DNA of 64,000 nt from a virus: the IMG/VR virus record IMGVR_UViG_3300014656_000015. One strand, written 5' to 3'. Below the pieces are notes generated by a model. The model was not told where the DNA came from and did no database searches. It worked only from the letters and a program-made list of their open reading frames with translations. Position 1 is the stretch's first letter, and the number at the start of each line of letters is the position of its first letter. The position numbers and the translations under genes are program-made. Of the stretch, positions 55,490 to 64,000 are shown piece by piece.

Positions 55490-55514
55490 GGGCCGTTCCG
55501 GCCCATTTCCTTAG
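55490..55514 (+). terminator. Putative non-canonical terminator (hairpin + CTTAG)
   Basis: GGGCC-gttcc-GGCCC-atttc-CTTAG, convergent with the portal gene; no TATAAG follows. Confidence 0.55.
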
Positions 55515-55537
55515 CTATCTACGGTATCCCGCAGGGC

Positions 55538-57340
55538 TCAGACGGAGGGAGCCTCTCTACGAGGTGGTAGCTGCTCGGGCAGTGCGGAGAGCGCGCTGTT
55601 GCCAGCCAGGGACTGCTGCAGCCGCTGCGCCGCATCCGGGTTCTGCTGACTGATCCGTTGCAGCACACGCATCTGCTGCTCCGGGTCCAGCTTACGGAGC
55701 CGGCTCAGCCCGTCCTGCGGATTGACCGCGACCCCGCCGGCCTCGCCGGGCTCCCCCGGTGCCGTGCCGTAGGTGCCAGCCTGCATCTGCTGGGACTCGA
55801 GCGCGGCTGCGTTCTGAGCCCGGGCCTGCCATCGAGCCTGGATCACGCCGACCTCACCCATGATCTCGGCCTCCGCCGTCTGCTGCTCCTTGACCGCGTC
55901 GTAACGCTGCTTCGTCTCGTCCCGGATCAGCTTGTCCTCTTCCTTCGGATCGTAGTCACAGCCCTGCCGGAAGCTGGCGTCGCTGACCAGCTTGGCCTGG
56001 TTCAGTTGGAACCGGAACGCTTGCTGCTGGAGATCGTCAGCCATCTTGAACGGCTTGAAGCGCACCCCGGGCTCGGGCCAGTCCAACCGGGTTGCCGTTC
56101 GCTTGATGATGAAGAGGCGGATCATACGGAGCAGACCCGAGACGTAGCGCAGGAAGCTGTTCTCCATCATGCGGAGCGAGACGTTGCTACCGGACCACGA
56201 CAATCCACCCCAGATGAGCTCTGGTACACAGCCCATTCCAAGTATGATCGTATCCGCAATCTGCCGCATCTCCTGGGTTAGCAGGAGCGCCCGACCATCC
56301 CCCCCGATGACCTGGGCATTGAGCGGGATCGGCATCACGCTGACGTAGTTCGGGTCCTTGCGCCAGCGCTGGAACTCCTCAACCACCATGTCCTTCCAGT
56401 TCCCCAGGTTCATGTGCTCGTATGGAGACATCCCGGGCACCGTGCTGGTCGGGCTCACGATGTTGAACGGGAGCATGCGTTCGAGCAAAACGCTCTCTTG
56501 GGTCTTCAGCATCAGCTGGTAGTAGAAGGTGTGCCGAAGCACGGGCAGCAGCAGCGGGATGCCGAGGCCACGGTTGGACTGGCCGGTCAGGATGCTGGGC
56601 CGGCGCATGTGGTAGACGTTGGCCGGATCCAGGACCACGCTCTTCTTCAGCCGGACCGCGTCGATGAACTCCTGCGGGGTACGCTCCACGAGCTCTCTCC
56701 GCCCGATCCGGATAGCGTTGCTCAAGTACCCCGGTATCCTGTAGTAGTAGCTGGTCTCCCCGGTCAGGTCGTTGTGCAGCGTGGTGATGTCCTCCGGGTT
56801 CCAGATGAGGATGCGGGAGCCTCTCGTCGTCTTCGTGTACTGGTCCCGAACCTCGGCGGGCCCCTCGTGCCCACACTCACACTTGAGCTGGAACTTCAGG
56901 TTGCGCCAGCGATACTTGGCCTTCTCCGCACGGACCTCACGAAGGCAGCTCTCGCACTTCAACATCTTGATGAAGGGATCGACCATGGAGATGATGGCGT
57001 TCCCGTAGTTGTGGTAGAACAACCCGATGTCCAGCATGGTCTCGCGCAGCGCGAGGTCGTCCTCGAAGAAGGTCTCCCAGCGGTCCCGGACCCCACTTTC
57101 CCCATCGATGATCAGATCCGTGATCGGGTACTCCGCCAGCTTGTTGACGACGGATGCGATCAACGGATTGGTCAGATAGTAGAAGCGGCACCACTGGAAC
57201 AGGTCGCGGACCGTGGCCGGCATATAGGTGTTGGCCACGTCGAAGTAGGGTGCTGGATACCGGATGGGTCCCGTGGCTGTTGGCGACCCCAGGAGCCGAG
57301 CCGAGGAAGGCGTCGTACCCTGAACCGGGGTAATCTTCAT
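55538..57340 (-). CDS. Portal protein with a Zn-ribbon insertion
   Basis: 600 aa; CRFYYLTNPLIASVVNKLAEYP, YHNYGNAII, GLGIPLL, MGCVPELIWGG; insertion CESC...CECGH. Confidence 0.75.
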   Translation of the reverse strand: MKITPVQGTTPSSARLLGSPTATGPIRYPAPYFDVANTYMPATVRDLFQWCRFYYLTNPLIASVVNKLAEYPITDLIIDGESGVRDRWETFFEDDLALRETMLDIGLFYHNYGNAIISMVDPFIKMLKCESCLREVRAEKAKYRWRNLKFQLKCECGHEGPAEVRDQYTKTTRGSRILIWNPEDITTLHNDLTGETSYYYRIPGYLSNAIRIGRRELVERTPQEFIDAVRLKKSVVLDPANVYHMRRPSILTGQSNRGLGIPLLLPVLRHTFYYQLMLKTQESVLLERMLPFNIVSPTSTVPGMSPYEHMNLGNWKDMVVEEFQRWRKDPNYVSVMPIPLNAQVIGGDGRALLLTQEMRQIADTIILGMGCVPELIWGGLSWSGSNVSLRMMENSFLRYVSGLLRMIRLFIIKRTATRLDWPEPGVRFKPFKMADDLQQQAFRFQLNQAKLVSDASFRQGCDYDPKEEDKLIRDETKQRYDAVKEQQTAEAEIMGEVGVIQARWQARAQNAAALESQQMQAGTYGTAPGEPGEAGGVAVNPQDGLSRLRKLDPEQQMRVLQRISQQNPDAAQRLQQSLAGNSALSALPEQLPPRREAPSV

Positions 57341-58281
57341 TGTCCTATCTCCTGGGGCGGCAGCACCCTACGATTTGGTAGGGCCCGGTTCATTCCTCTC
57401 GAGATCAGATCACCAGCCACCATCATGGGAGCCGCAGGCAATCCGCCCAGCGCGGTGTACGCCACGTTTTCCCCCATCGAACGGATCAACGGTCGAACAT
57501 CGCGCTGCTCCACGGACTCCATCGCGGAGGGGAGGGAAGCAGCCAGTGGGATACCGGCTCCCAGGACCACTCCGGGTGCCCTCAGATTGGCCAGCAGCGC
57601 GCCGCGCCGGGTCAGCTCGGGAGTGCCCGTGAGATACCCCTTGAGCGTACCCGGGAGCGACGTCATCCCGGCCTCGGCCAGCTGCTGCTGCGCGACGTCA
57701 CCTTGGAGCCGCTGCCGAGTCCACCACTCGTAGGGTTTGCTTTCCCGGATCCGTTGGGCGAGCCCGCTTCTCGAGATGAAGCCGCCCTCCTGAGCCTTCG
57801 CCCGCGCCTTTGCTACGGCTTGTCGCACCGCCTCCTCCGTGGGCTTCCCGCCAGGCCCGTAGGCCGGGAGCTCCTCGGGAAGACCCCACTTCATCTCTTT
57901 CAACGCCTTGATTCGTTCCGGCTTGGTAACGCTGAACGATTCCCGAAAGCCATGACCCGGGAGCTTGCCGGTGAAGCCGTGCAGCTGGCGCTGGCCGACT
58001 CGCTTGGCCTGCTGCGTGCCAGCCCTGGTAGCGAACTGCCCACCGAGCGCGCCGGCCCCGGCCCCTAGCAGAGCGTGGCCGATCATGGAAGGTGCCTTGC
58101 CACTCCCATCATCCGGGGCGCGCACATACCCGACGCCGGCCCCCACGCCCGCCCCGAGAGCGGCTCCTGCACCTCGGCCCCACCACTGGTTGGCCCGCCA
58201 CAGTCGCCCCAGCAACGCTATCTTCTCGAGCTCGTCCCCCATCGCCTCGAACCGCCTCGACAGCTCAGAATATGGGCTCAT
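57337..58281 (-). CDS. Putative internal virion membrane-type protein with a DELEKIA tag
   Basis: AMGDELEKIA; glycine zippers GAGAALGAGVGAGVG and ALLGAGAGALGG. Confidence 0.65.
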   Translation of the reverse strand: MSPYSELSRRFEAMGDELEKIALLGRLWRANQWWGRGAGAALGAGVGAGVGYVRAPDDGSGKAPSMIGHALLGAGAGALGGQFATRAGTQQAKRVGQRQLHGFTGKLPGHGFRESFSVTKPERIKALKEMKWGLPEELPAYGPGGKPTEEAVRQAVAKARAKAQEGGFISRSGLAQRIRESKPYEWWTRQRLQGDVAQQQLAEAGMTSLPGTLKGYLTGTPELTRRGALLANLRAPGVVLGAGIPLAASLPSAMESVEQRDVRPLIRSMGENVAYTALGGLPAAPMMVAGDLISRGMNRALPNRRVLPPQEIGQ

Positions 58282-59060
58282 GGCAGCTCCTCCCGGACGA
58301 CCGCGAGCTGCTCCTCGAGCTGGCGCCGTCGGTACTCCACGTACTCCTTGACCAGCAGCAGCTTGGCAGTCTGCACATCCTCCGGGGTCTCCTGGAGCTC
58401 GGGCCTGTCCTCCCCCAGAGCCAGCACTGCCTCGTATCGTTTCCGCACCGGCTCCGGGTCATTCACGTTCCCCTTCTCGAGCTCGGTGTCCGGTGCACCA
58501 CAGCTATCGCAGACCCCGTTGTCATCGTCATGATCCACTTTACCACAGCGCCGGCACCGATACATCGGGCTGGACACCCACTCCTGGGCAAAGCTCAGCA
58601 GTGGTGGCAGATAGTCGATGCTTTCATCTAGAAAGACCGCGGCGATGAAACGTTCCACATCGTTGGAGAATTCGTGAGATCCGAGCCGGTGCATTGTATC
58701 GACGCAGGCCGCGATCTGGGCCGGGGTCGGCCTCTGCAGGTTCTGGAAGTCCGGGATGTTGTTGTTGAATGCGTGACAGACCAGAACGAAGACCTCCCAG
58801 GCTTTCCAGGGGGAGACGGTCAACAAGCAGGTCCTCCCGGCCTGGACCATCTCCCAGTTTCCAGTATAGATCGATGGCTGCCGGAAGGTCCGCAAGAGCT
58901 CGGACCGGAGCACGTCAGGCTCCCAGTCCATCCAGTCCGTCCCCATTCGTTCGATGCAAAGTAGGATCAGGGTGAGAGGATGCGTGTCGTGGTGCACCAG
59001 GAAGTTGTTCCGGGAGAACTTCTGGATAGATTCCGTGCTGACGACGGGAGCCGTGTCCAT
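58278..59060 (-). CDS. Hypothetical protein with a Zn ribbon
   Basis: CRRCG...CDSCG; leaderless extended -10 TGATACTAT at 59068-59076. Confidence 0.7.
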   Translation of the reverse strand: MDTAPVVSTESIQKFSRNNFLVHHDTHPLTLILLCIERMGTDWMDWEPDVLRSELLRTFRQPSIYTGNWEMVQAGRTCLLTVSPWKAWEVFVLVCHAFNNNIPDFQNLQRPTPAQIAACVDTMHRLGSHEFSNDVERFIAAVFLDESIDYLPPLLSFAQEWVSSPMYRCRRCGKVDHDDDNGVCDSCGAPDTELEKGNVNDPEPVRKRYEAVLALGEDRPELQETPEDVQTAKLLLVKEYVEYRRRQLEEQLAVVREELP

Positions 59061-59130
59061 GCACCGAATAGTATCAGGATGGAGTCGTGGGCGCTACGAC
59101 ATCCAGGATCGCCGGAGGAGCCGGGTAGGG

Positions 59131-62100
59131 CTACGCGGAGTACGCCGTGACGTTGACGATGTCGGTGGCCACGATATCCGGCGCACCGGCGGCACCGAGG
59201 CCGCTGATGAGGACGTCGCCGTTGGCGATGGTGAAGACATCGGCGCCACCCGACTTCGGGACGCCACCAGCCGTGATGATCGAGACCTCGAAGCGAGCCA
59301 CGGCGAAGGGGAAGCTGATGCGGGCCCGCGTCGCCGTGATATGGTCCGCATTGATCGTCAACGAGGCCGAAGCCGTCTGGATCACAGCGGGGGCGCGGCC
59401 AGCCAAGGTGCTCATATTGACATCGCCGCAGTCGAAGGCGTAGTTCGTCAGCAAGAGAGCCGACAGCGCGATGTTGGGGACCGCACTGATGACGTTGCCC
59501 TGTGGCGCATCGGCAGAACGTGCTCGCAGCGTCGTGCTCGCCACAACCTCGTCCCAGAACAGGTTTTCCGTGGGACCGCCGAGCCCCGTGAAGGTGACCG
59601 CAGCTAGAAGGTTGGCAAAGGTGACCGCAGCGCCACCTCCATCGATGACGAACTGCATGGGCGCCACCGGTCCGGGTGCGATGGCGGTATAGATATCGCC
59701 CCCAACCACGAGCGTGTCGCCAGGATTTGGCTGGCCCGCCTGAGTCAGCTCGACGACAGCCACGGAGCCCGGATCGCTGATGGTACGCGTCGCCATCCGA
59801 GCCGTCATCAGCTCGGTGACGGTGAGGTCGGGATCGAAGCCCCGGGCCGTGCTGGAAAAGACGCAGCCACCGCTGATTTCCACGGTACCCGACCCGGAGA
59901 TGGCGTAGCCGTCGGCCTCCGTCGAATCAATCTTGACGTCGAGAAGACGGACCGTGTTGCCCGCCGCGACGGCGAGACCCGCCACGGCACCGACGTCGAT
60001 CTCGCAATCGACGAGGCGCATCGTGGGGTTCGCCACAGCGGCTTCCGACCCGACCTGGCCCGTGAAATAGGTGTTGAACCAGTTCGTAGTCGTGGCCATG
60101 ACACCTTCGGCCACCAAGGACTCCGCCACGTTGCTGCCATGCGTCACGACGCAGTCGTAGCCATTGACGAGGCCGGACTCGATCTGGATCACCGGGTTGG
60201 CGTTGATGACGTTCGTCATCAGCATGCAATCGTTCAAGGTGACGAGCTGGGTAACGCCGAGAATGTGCAACGCAGCCAGGCCGGCGCCGGTAGCCAGGAA
60301 CATGCAATCCTTGAACTGCACGGAAAACATGCCCATGCCGACCTGACTCACGGCAACGGCGTCGGTGCCGGTCGCATTGTCGTCCACGAACTGGAAACCC
60401 TCGAAGTTGGCGTTCACGTCGAGACAGGTCAATGCACCGATGATCTGTACAGCGTAGCCCCGCCCGAAGCCCTCCGCGATGTAGGTGACCCCGGTCACCG
60501 CAACGACATCCTCGATATAGGCTCCCGCCCGAACGTAGACGACGTCCCCGGCCACGGCCACGGCATTGGCGCCGGCGATGGTCGAGAAGGGCAACTCCCG
60601 GGTACCGTACTCCTCCCCGGTATGATTGCCGTCCACATAGTGGTGAGTCGGCTCCAGCGTCACACTCTCCGACTCCGGGATCGTGGTCACGGTCAGGGTG
60701 GCCGCGAAGCCGGCAGCGGAGCCAGGGAAGGCCAGCCCGCTGTGCTGCACCGTACCGGCACCGCCGAATGCCTCATCGGCTGCCTCGGAGGAGGTCACCT
60801 GGGAGGCATGGATGCGTAGAGAGCACAGCGCCGCCACGAGGACGGCGGAGATCGCGCCGACCGCCAGGACGCAATGCTCGACGATCAGGGTGGGGGCGAC
60901 GACTGCCGCCTCCTGCCCGATCTGCCCGGAGACGTCGCAGTAGCGCAGCGTGACCGAGGATGCGTCCTGGCCCTCGCAGACCAGGGCCTCGAGCGCAGTG
61001 TTGCCGTGGATGAAGCTGCAACGGCTGAAGGACCCCGTACCGGAGTCGATCCGAGCCGCCTCGTTGGCGTTGGCCGCATTGGCCGTGATCGTGGTGTTGC
61101 GCCCGATCACGGTCCCATTGGGGTTGTCAGCTACGAAGGCTTCGGCACCGGTCGCCGTGCTCGTGACGTTGCAGTCGATGAGGCGCAACGTCTCAGCCGC
61201 CGTTCCGGTGAAGGTGAGGGCAACGCCAGCACCATCATCGATGAAGTCGATGCCGCTGATCACACAGCCGACGTCGGTGGCCAACGCGGAGCCGGTCACG
61301 GTCACCGTACCCGGCAGGATCGCCTTGAGGTGGACCCCGTCCACGAGGACGAGATCCTCGACGTAGGCACCTGGCCCGACGAGAACGACGTCACCGGCCG
61401 AGGCCGCATCGATCCCGTCCTGGATCGCGGCGTAGGGCTTCTCCGGCGTACCCTCGGCGTCGGTGCCGGTGTAGCCCGCATCGACGTGGATGATAGTCGA
61501 GAGGCTGCGAGCCGTGCTGCGGAGGAAGGCAGGGTTGGAGCGAACCCCGTTGGCCGTCACGAAGACGGCATTGGCGTCGGCGGAGGTCCGAGCCGGAGTC
61601 AACGCGGTCAGATCCGGAACCCGGACCAGGCACGCGGTCTCCGTGACCGGGGCTGCCGGTGCCGTACCGGCGAGCTGGACCGGGAGCGCAGCCGCACCCG
61701 AGACGCGACAGGCCCAGTCCGTACCGAGACCGCCGGTCAACGCGGTGGCCGCGAAGGCTCCTGCCGCCACGATACCGGCCGCGTTCACGGTACCCGCACT
61801 GACCGCCCTGATGTAGCCACGGGCCGCGGAGCCTGCCGCGTTGACCGCCGTGGCGAGGGCGTCGTCGTCATCGACACCCGCATTGAAGGTAAGGGCAAGG
61901 GCGCCGGCGACGTAGGCGACACCGGTCGCTATGCCCGAGATCAGTTGCACCGTCAAGGCATTGCCGCCGGTACCCGGCTTGCAAGCGTAGAACGTGAGGC
62001 CGTGCGCCGCCTTGGCGAGGGACGCCGCGACACCCCCGTTCAGGAGCTTGGCACCCCGGATCATGAGGTCGGCCCCGGCCAGATCCAGCGGCTGTTCCCC

Positions 62101-62271
62101 ATCCAGCATATCGATGGTGGGGAAGCTGGAGGCGGAGACCGACTCGAGCGTCTGGAATGCCTCGTCGATGTCGTTGCGGAGATCGGCAATCTCTCCAAGC
62201 ACGCCACCCTTCTCCACCCCGGCCTGGGGGCGAATGGGCTTCTTGCTGCCGAACGCGGTGCTGCCTGACAT
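59131..62271 (-). CDS. Tail fibre/spike-like protein with duplicated right-handed beta-helix modules
   Basis: Two DUF1565-like caps (HVDAGYTG..GTPEKPYAAIQ..GDVVLVGPGAY and YVDGNHTG..GTRELPFSTIA..GDVVYVRAGAY), each followed by beta-helix repeats. Confidence 0.65.
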   Translation of the reverse strand: MSGSTAFGSKKPIRPQAGVEKGGVLGEIADLRNDIDEAFQTLESVSASSFPTIDMLDGEQPLDLAGADLMIRGAKLLNGGVAASLAKAAHGLTFYACKPGTGGNALTVQLISGIATGVAYVAGALALTFNAGVDDDDALATAVNAAGSAARGYIRAVSAGTVNAAGIVAAGAFAATALTGGLGTDWACRVSGAAALPVQLAGTAPAAPVTETACLVRVPDLTALTPARTSADANAVFVTANGVRSNPAFLRSTARSLSTIIHVDAGYTGTDAEGTPEKPYAAIQDGIDAASAGDVVLVGPGAYVEDLVLVDGVHLKAILPGTVTVTGSALATDVGCVISGIDFIDDGAGVALTFTGTAAETLRLIDCNVTSTATGAEAFVADNPNGTVIGRNTTITANAANANEAARIDSGTGSFSRCSFIHGNTALEALVCEGQDASSVTLRYCDVSGQIGQEAAVVAPTLIVEHCVLAVGAISAVLVAALCSLRIHASQVTSSEAADEAFGGAGTVQHSGLAFPGSAAGFAATLTVTTIPESESVTLEPTHHYVDGNHTGEEYGTRELPFSTIAGANAVAVAGDVVYVRAGAYIEDVVAVTGVTYIAEGFGRGYAVQIIGALTCLDVNANFEGFQFVDDNATGTDAVAVSQVGMGMFSVQFKDCMFLATGAGLAALHILGVTQLVTLNDCMLMTNVINANPVIQIESGLVNGYDCVVTHGSNVAESLVAEGVMATTTNWFNTYFTGQVGSEAAVANPTMRLVDCEIDVGAVAGLAVAAGNTVRLLDVKIDSTEADGYAISGSGTVEISGGCVFSSTARGFDPDLTVTELMTARMATRTISDPGSVAVVELTQAGQPNPGDTLVVGGDIYTAIAPGPVAPMQFVIDGGGAAVTFANLLAAVTFTGLGGPTENLFWDEVVASTTLRARSADAPQGNVISAVPNIALSALLLTNYAFDCGDVNMSTLAGRAPAVIQTASASLTINADHITATRARISFPFAVARFEVSIITAGGVPKSGGADVFTIANGDVLISGLGAAGAPDIVATDIVNVTAYSA

Positions 62272-62275
62272 TTCT

Positions 62276-63529
62276 TTACTCTCCCTGCCCCCGCAACGCA
62301 GCTATCACCTGCTGCGTGTCCAACGGAAGCGATTCAAAGATGCCCACTGGATCACTGGCCAACCCAGCGGCCAGATCCTCCCCTAACTTCTGCTTCACAC
62401 GTTCCGTGTCAGCCGCGATCTTCAGAAGCTGGTCCTTGGATAGAGTGTTCCTGCCATCGGTCCAGCTCCACTCCTCGGCCTCCTTGCCGAAGACAGTCTC
62501 CCACGGATCCGGGATACCGTGCCCCCAGTATCGATCCAGGCCGGTGGCCTCGTCGAGCTGGCACAGGGCCTCGGCAAAGGTCTCGGGCTCCGTGGAGGCC
62601 CGCTTCTCCATGAGCATGGCATAGAGGTCCGGTGCTCCACCACCAACCTTGGTACCGGCCCAGATCCGCTGCCGGGTCTCGGCACCGGCGGACAGATAGT
62701 CGTCAGGGTTGAGCCCAGGCGCTCCGTACTGCCGGACCACCTCGCCCACCCCGACACCCAGATCCTCGGCCCGCTTGACAATGGCCACGGCCATCGAGCG
62801 TCGGGTCCGTGGGTGGATACCGTTGAGGTTCTGCTCCAGGAATGCGGCGGCCTCCTTGACCTGGGTGAAGGTGTCGATGGGCAGTCGCTGTCCGGACAGC
62901 GCGTAGTGCCCCCAGGTCTCCGCACCGTGCGTGGGTCGGGGGACGACCCCCCGCCACGACACGTAGGGATCAAGGCCGGCCCGCTTCTCCTTCTTCGCCT
63001 TCTCCCGTTCCTTCTCCGGATCACCAACCGCGGATCCGGGGGCGGAGAGTGGCATCACCTTGGTCCCGGAGAGGTCGGCCCTCTTGTCCAGCTCCTTCTT
63101 TCTTTCGGTCACCGGAACCCGGATCGGCGCTCCGTCGCTTCGGATCAGCAGCCGGCGCTCGGGGTCCGCTGCCAGCTTCAGGAGGGGGGCCGGAGGCTCG
63201 ATGCTGTGACGCTGGCACATCCCAACCAGATTCGCGGCGATCTTGCTGCGGGCCGTGTCCGGGATGCGGTCGGCCACGTCCAGGAAGTAGCCCACGCTCA
63301 GCACGGTGTGCGCCGGGTCGTGGCAAGCATACTTCCTGAGCTGCCGCGAGCCGTCCGTGATGACGGCGGCGAAGGCGTGATCCGGGAGCCGCTCGATCCG
63401 ATCCGGGGTCAACGCGGCCGCTGTCTTGACCATCTCCGGCAGCTCGCGCCCACCGAAGACCCGGTTGACGGAGGCAAAGCGATCATCGTAGACGTCAAAG
63501 ACAAACCCAGCGGGAATTCCCATCCTCAT
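62276..63529 (-). CDS. Hypothetical head-associated protein
   Basis: VKTAA, LKLAA, DKRAD, EKRAS, LKIAA sites; LPDHAFA, RKYACHD and LPID motifs; extended -10 TGGTAGACT at 63557-63565. Confidence 0.7.
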   Translation of the reverse strand: MRMGIPAGFVFDVYDDRFASVNRVFGGRELPEMVKTAAALTPDRIERLPDHAFAAVITDGSRQLRKYACHDPAHTVLSVGYFLDVADRIPDTARSKIAANLVGMCQRHSIEPPAPLLKLAADPERRLLIRSDGAPIRVPVTERKKELDKRADLSGTKVMPLSAPGSAVGDPEKEREKAKKEKRAGLDPYVSWRGVVPRPTHGAETWGHYALSGQRLPIDTFTQVKEAAAFLEQNLNGIHPRTRRSMAVAIVKRAEDLGVGVGEVVRQYGAPGLNPDDYLSAGAETRQRIWAGTKVGGGAPDLYAMLMEKRASTEPETFAEALCQLDEATGLDRYWGHGIPDPWETVFGKEAEEWSWTDGRNTLSKDQLLKIAADTERVKQKLGEDLAAGLASDPVGIFESLPLDTQQVIAALRGQGE

Positions 63530-63651
63530 CTCCTGTCGGAGGCCGTCGTCAGCATCAGTCTACCACCACGACCTCCTCTAGAAAAGGCACCTCGTGTTCA
63601 CGGTATAAGGTCTTCCCGACATCCGTGCTAACGAGAAAGGAGATTGAGGAG

Positions 63652-64000
63652 ATGCCCTACGACGTCCGACCCTGTTACGGGACCTGGGCCCCGACCGATG
63701 AGCAGTGTGCAATATGCGATATCCAGAACGAGTGCCGAGCCGAAAAGAATCGCATGAGCGCGCCGAGCCGGACCTGGCAGTACACCCAAAATGCCCAGGG
63801 GCAGCGGGTGCATCCGACTACACAGACGACCCGGCCCGTGATCCAGCCGGCCCGGTCCTACGGCTCACGCCGTGACGTCCCGCTCCGGGATGGAGAGAGC
63901 CCGTGGTGGGCCGTGCTCTGGGACACGATCTACGCTATGGTGGGGGCCGGGCTCCAGGAGATGTCCTGCTTTTTCCAGACCGCGCCTCGACCCGCCCCCC
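63652..64000 (+). CDS. Hypothetical (putative early) protein, truncated by the window end
   Basis: GGTATAAG at 63602-63609 and GAGGAG RBS; MPYDVRPCYG..CAICDIQNEC; open to the window end. Confidence 0.65.
   Translation, partial: MPYDVRPCYGTWAPTDEQCAICDIQNECRAEKNRMSAPSRTWQYTQNAQGQRVHPTTQTTRPVIQPARSYGSRRDVPLRDGESPWWAVLWDTIYAMVGAGLQEMSCFFQTAPRPAP

Overview
GC-rich segment of a large tailed (contractile-tail) bacteriophage genome, not a cellular chromosome. The minus strand carries the virion module: portal, GpA-like large terminase, prohead protease, major capsid protein, neck proteins, tail sheath and tube, baseplate spike and a beta-helix fibre. It also carries many Gly/Ala-rich putative internal head proteins that share an F-x-D-E-L-x-K-[IL]-A tag, and a single-chain 2057-aa beta/beta'-fused RNA polymerase with an intact NADFDGD centre. 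The left end holds DNA-metabolism genes (DinG-type helicase, C5 methyltransferase, DUF1599/Nmad1-like and CxxCxxCC proteins, a degenerate LAGLIDADG protein) beside a candidate origin. Small non-structural genes sit in islands. Ten intergenic G[GT]TATAAG motifs open these units, and nine GC hairpins followed by CTTAG (not a U-tract) close them, whereas the structural operons carry host-type extended -10 boxes (TGnTAnnnT). This suggests a phage RNAP with its own promoter and terminator code. Next to the RNAP gene, the same motifs bracket about 1.6 kb of non-coding, highly structured sequence around a MYG1-family nuclease gene, including a chain of tandem H-type pseudoknots with a compensatory base change and two T-loops. 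A TnpA-less IS200/IS605 element (RHH + intact TnpB) sits directly upstream of the terminase gene. All product calls come from motif recognition by eye; no searches were run.
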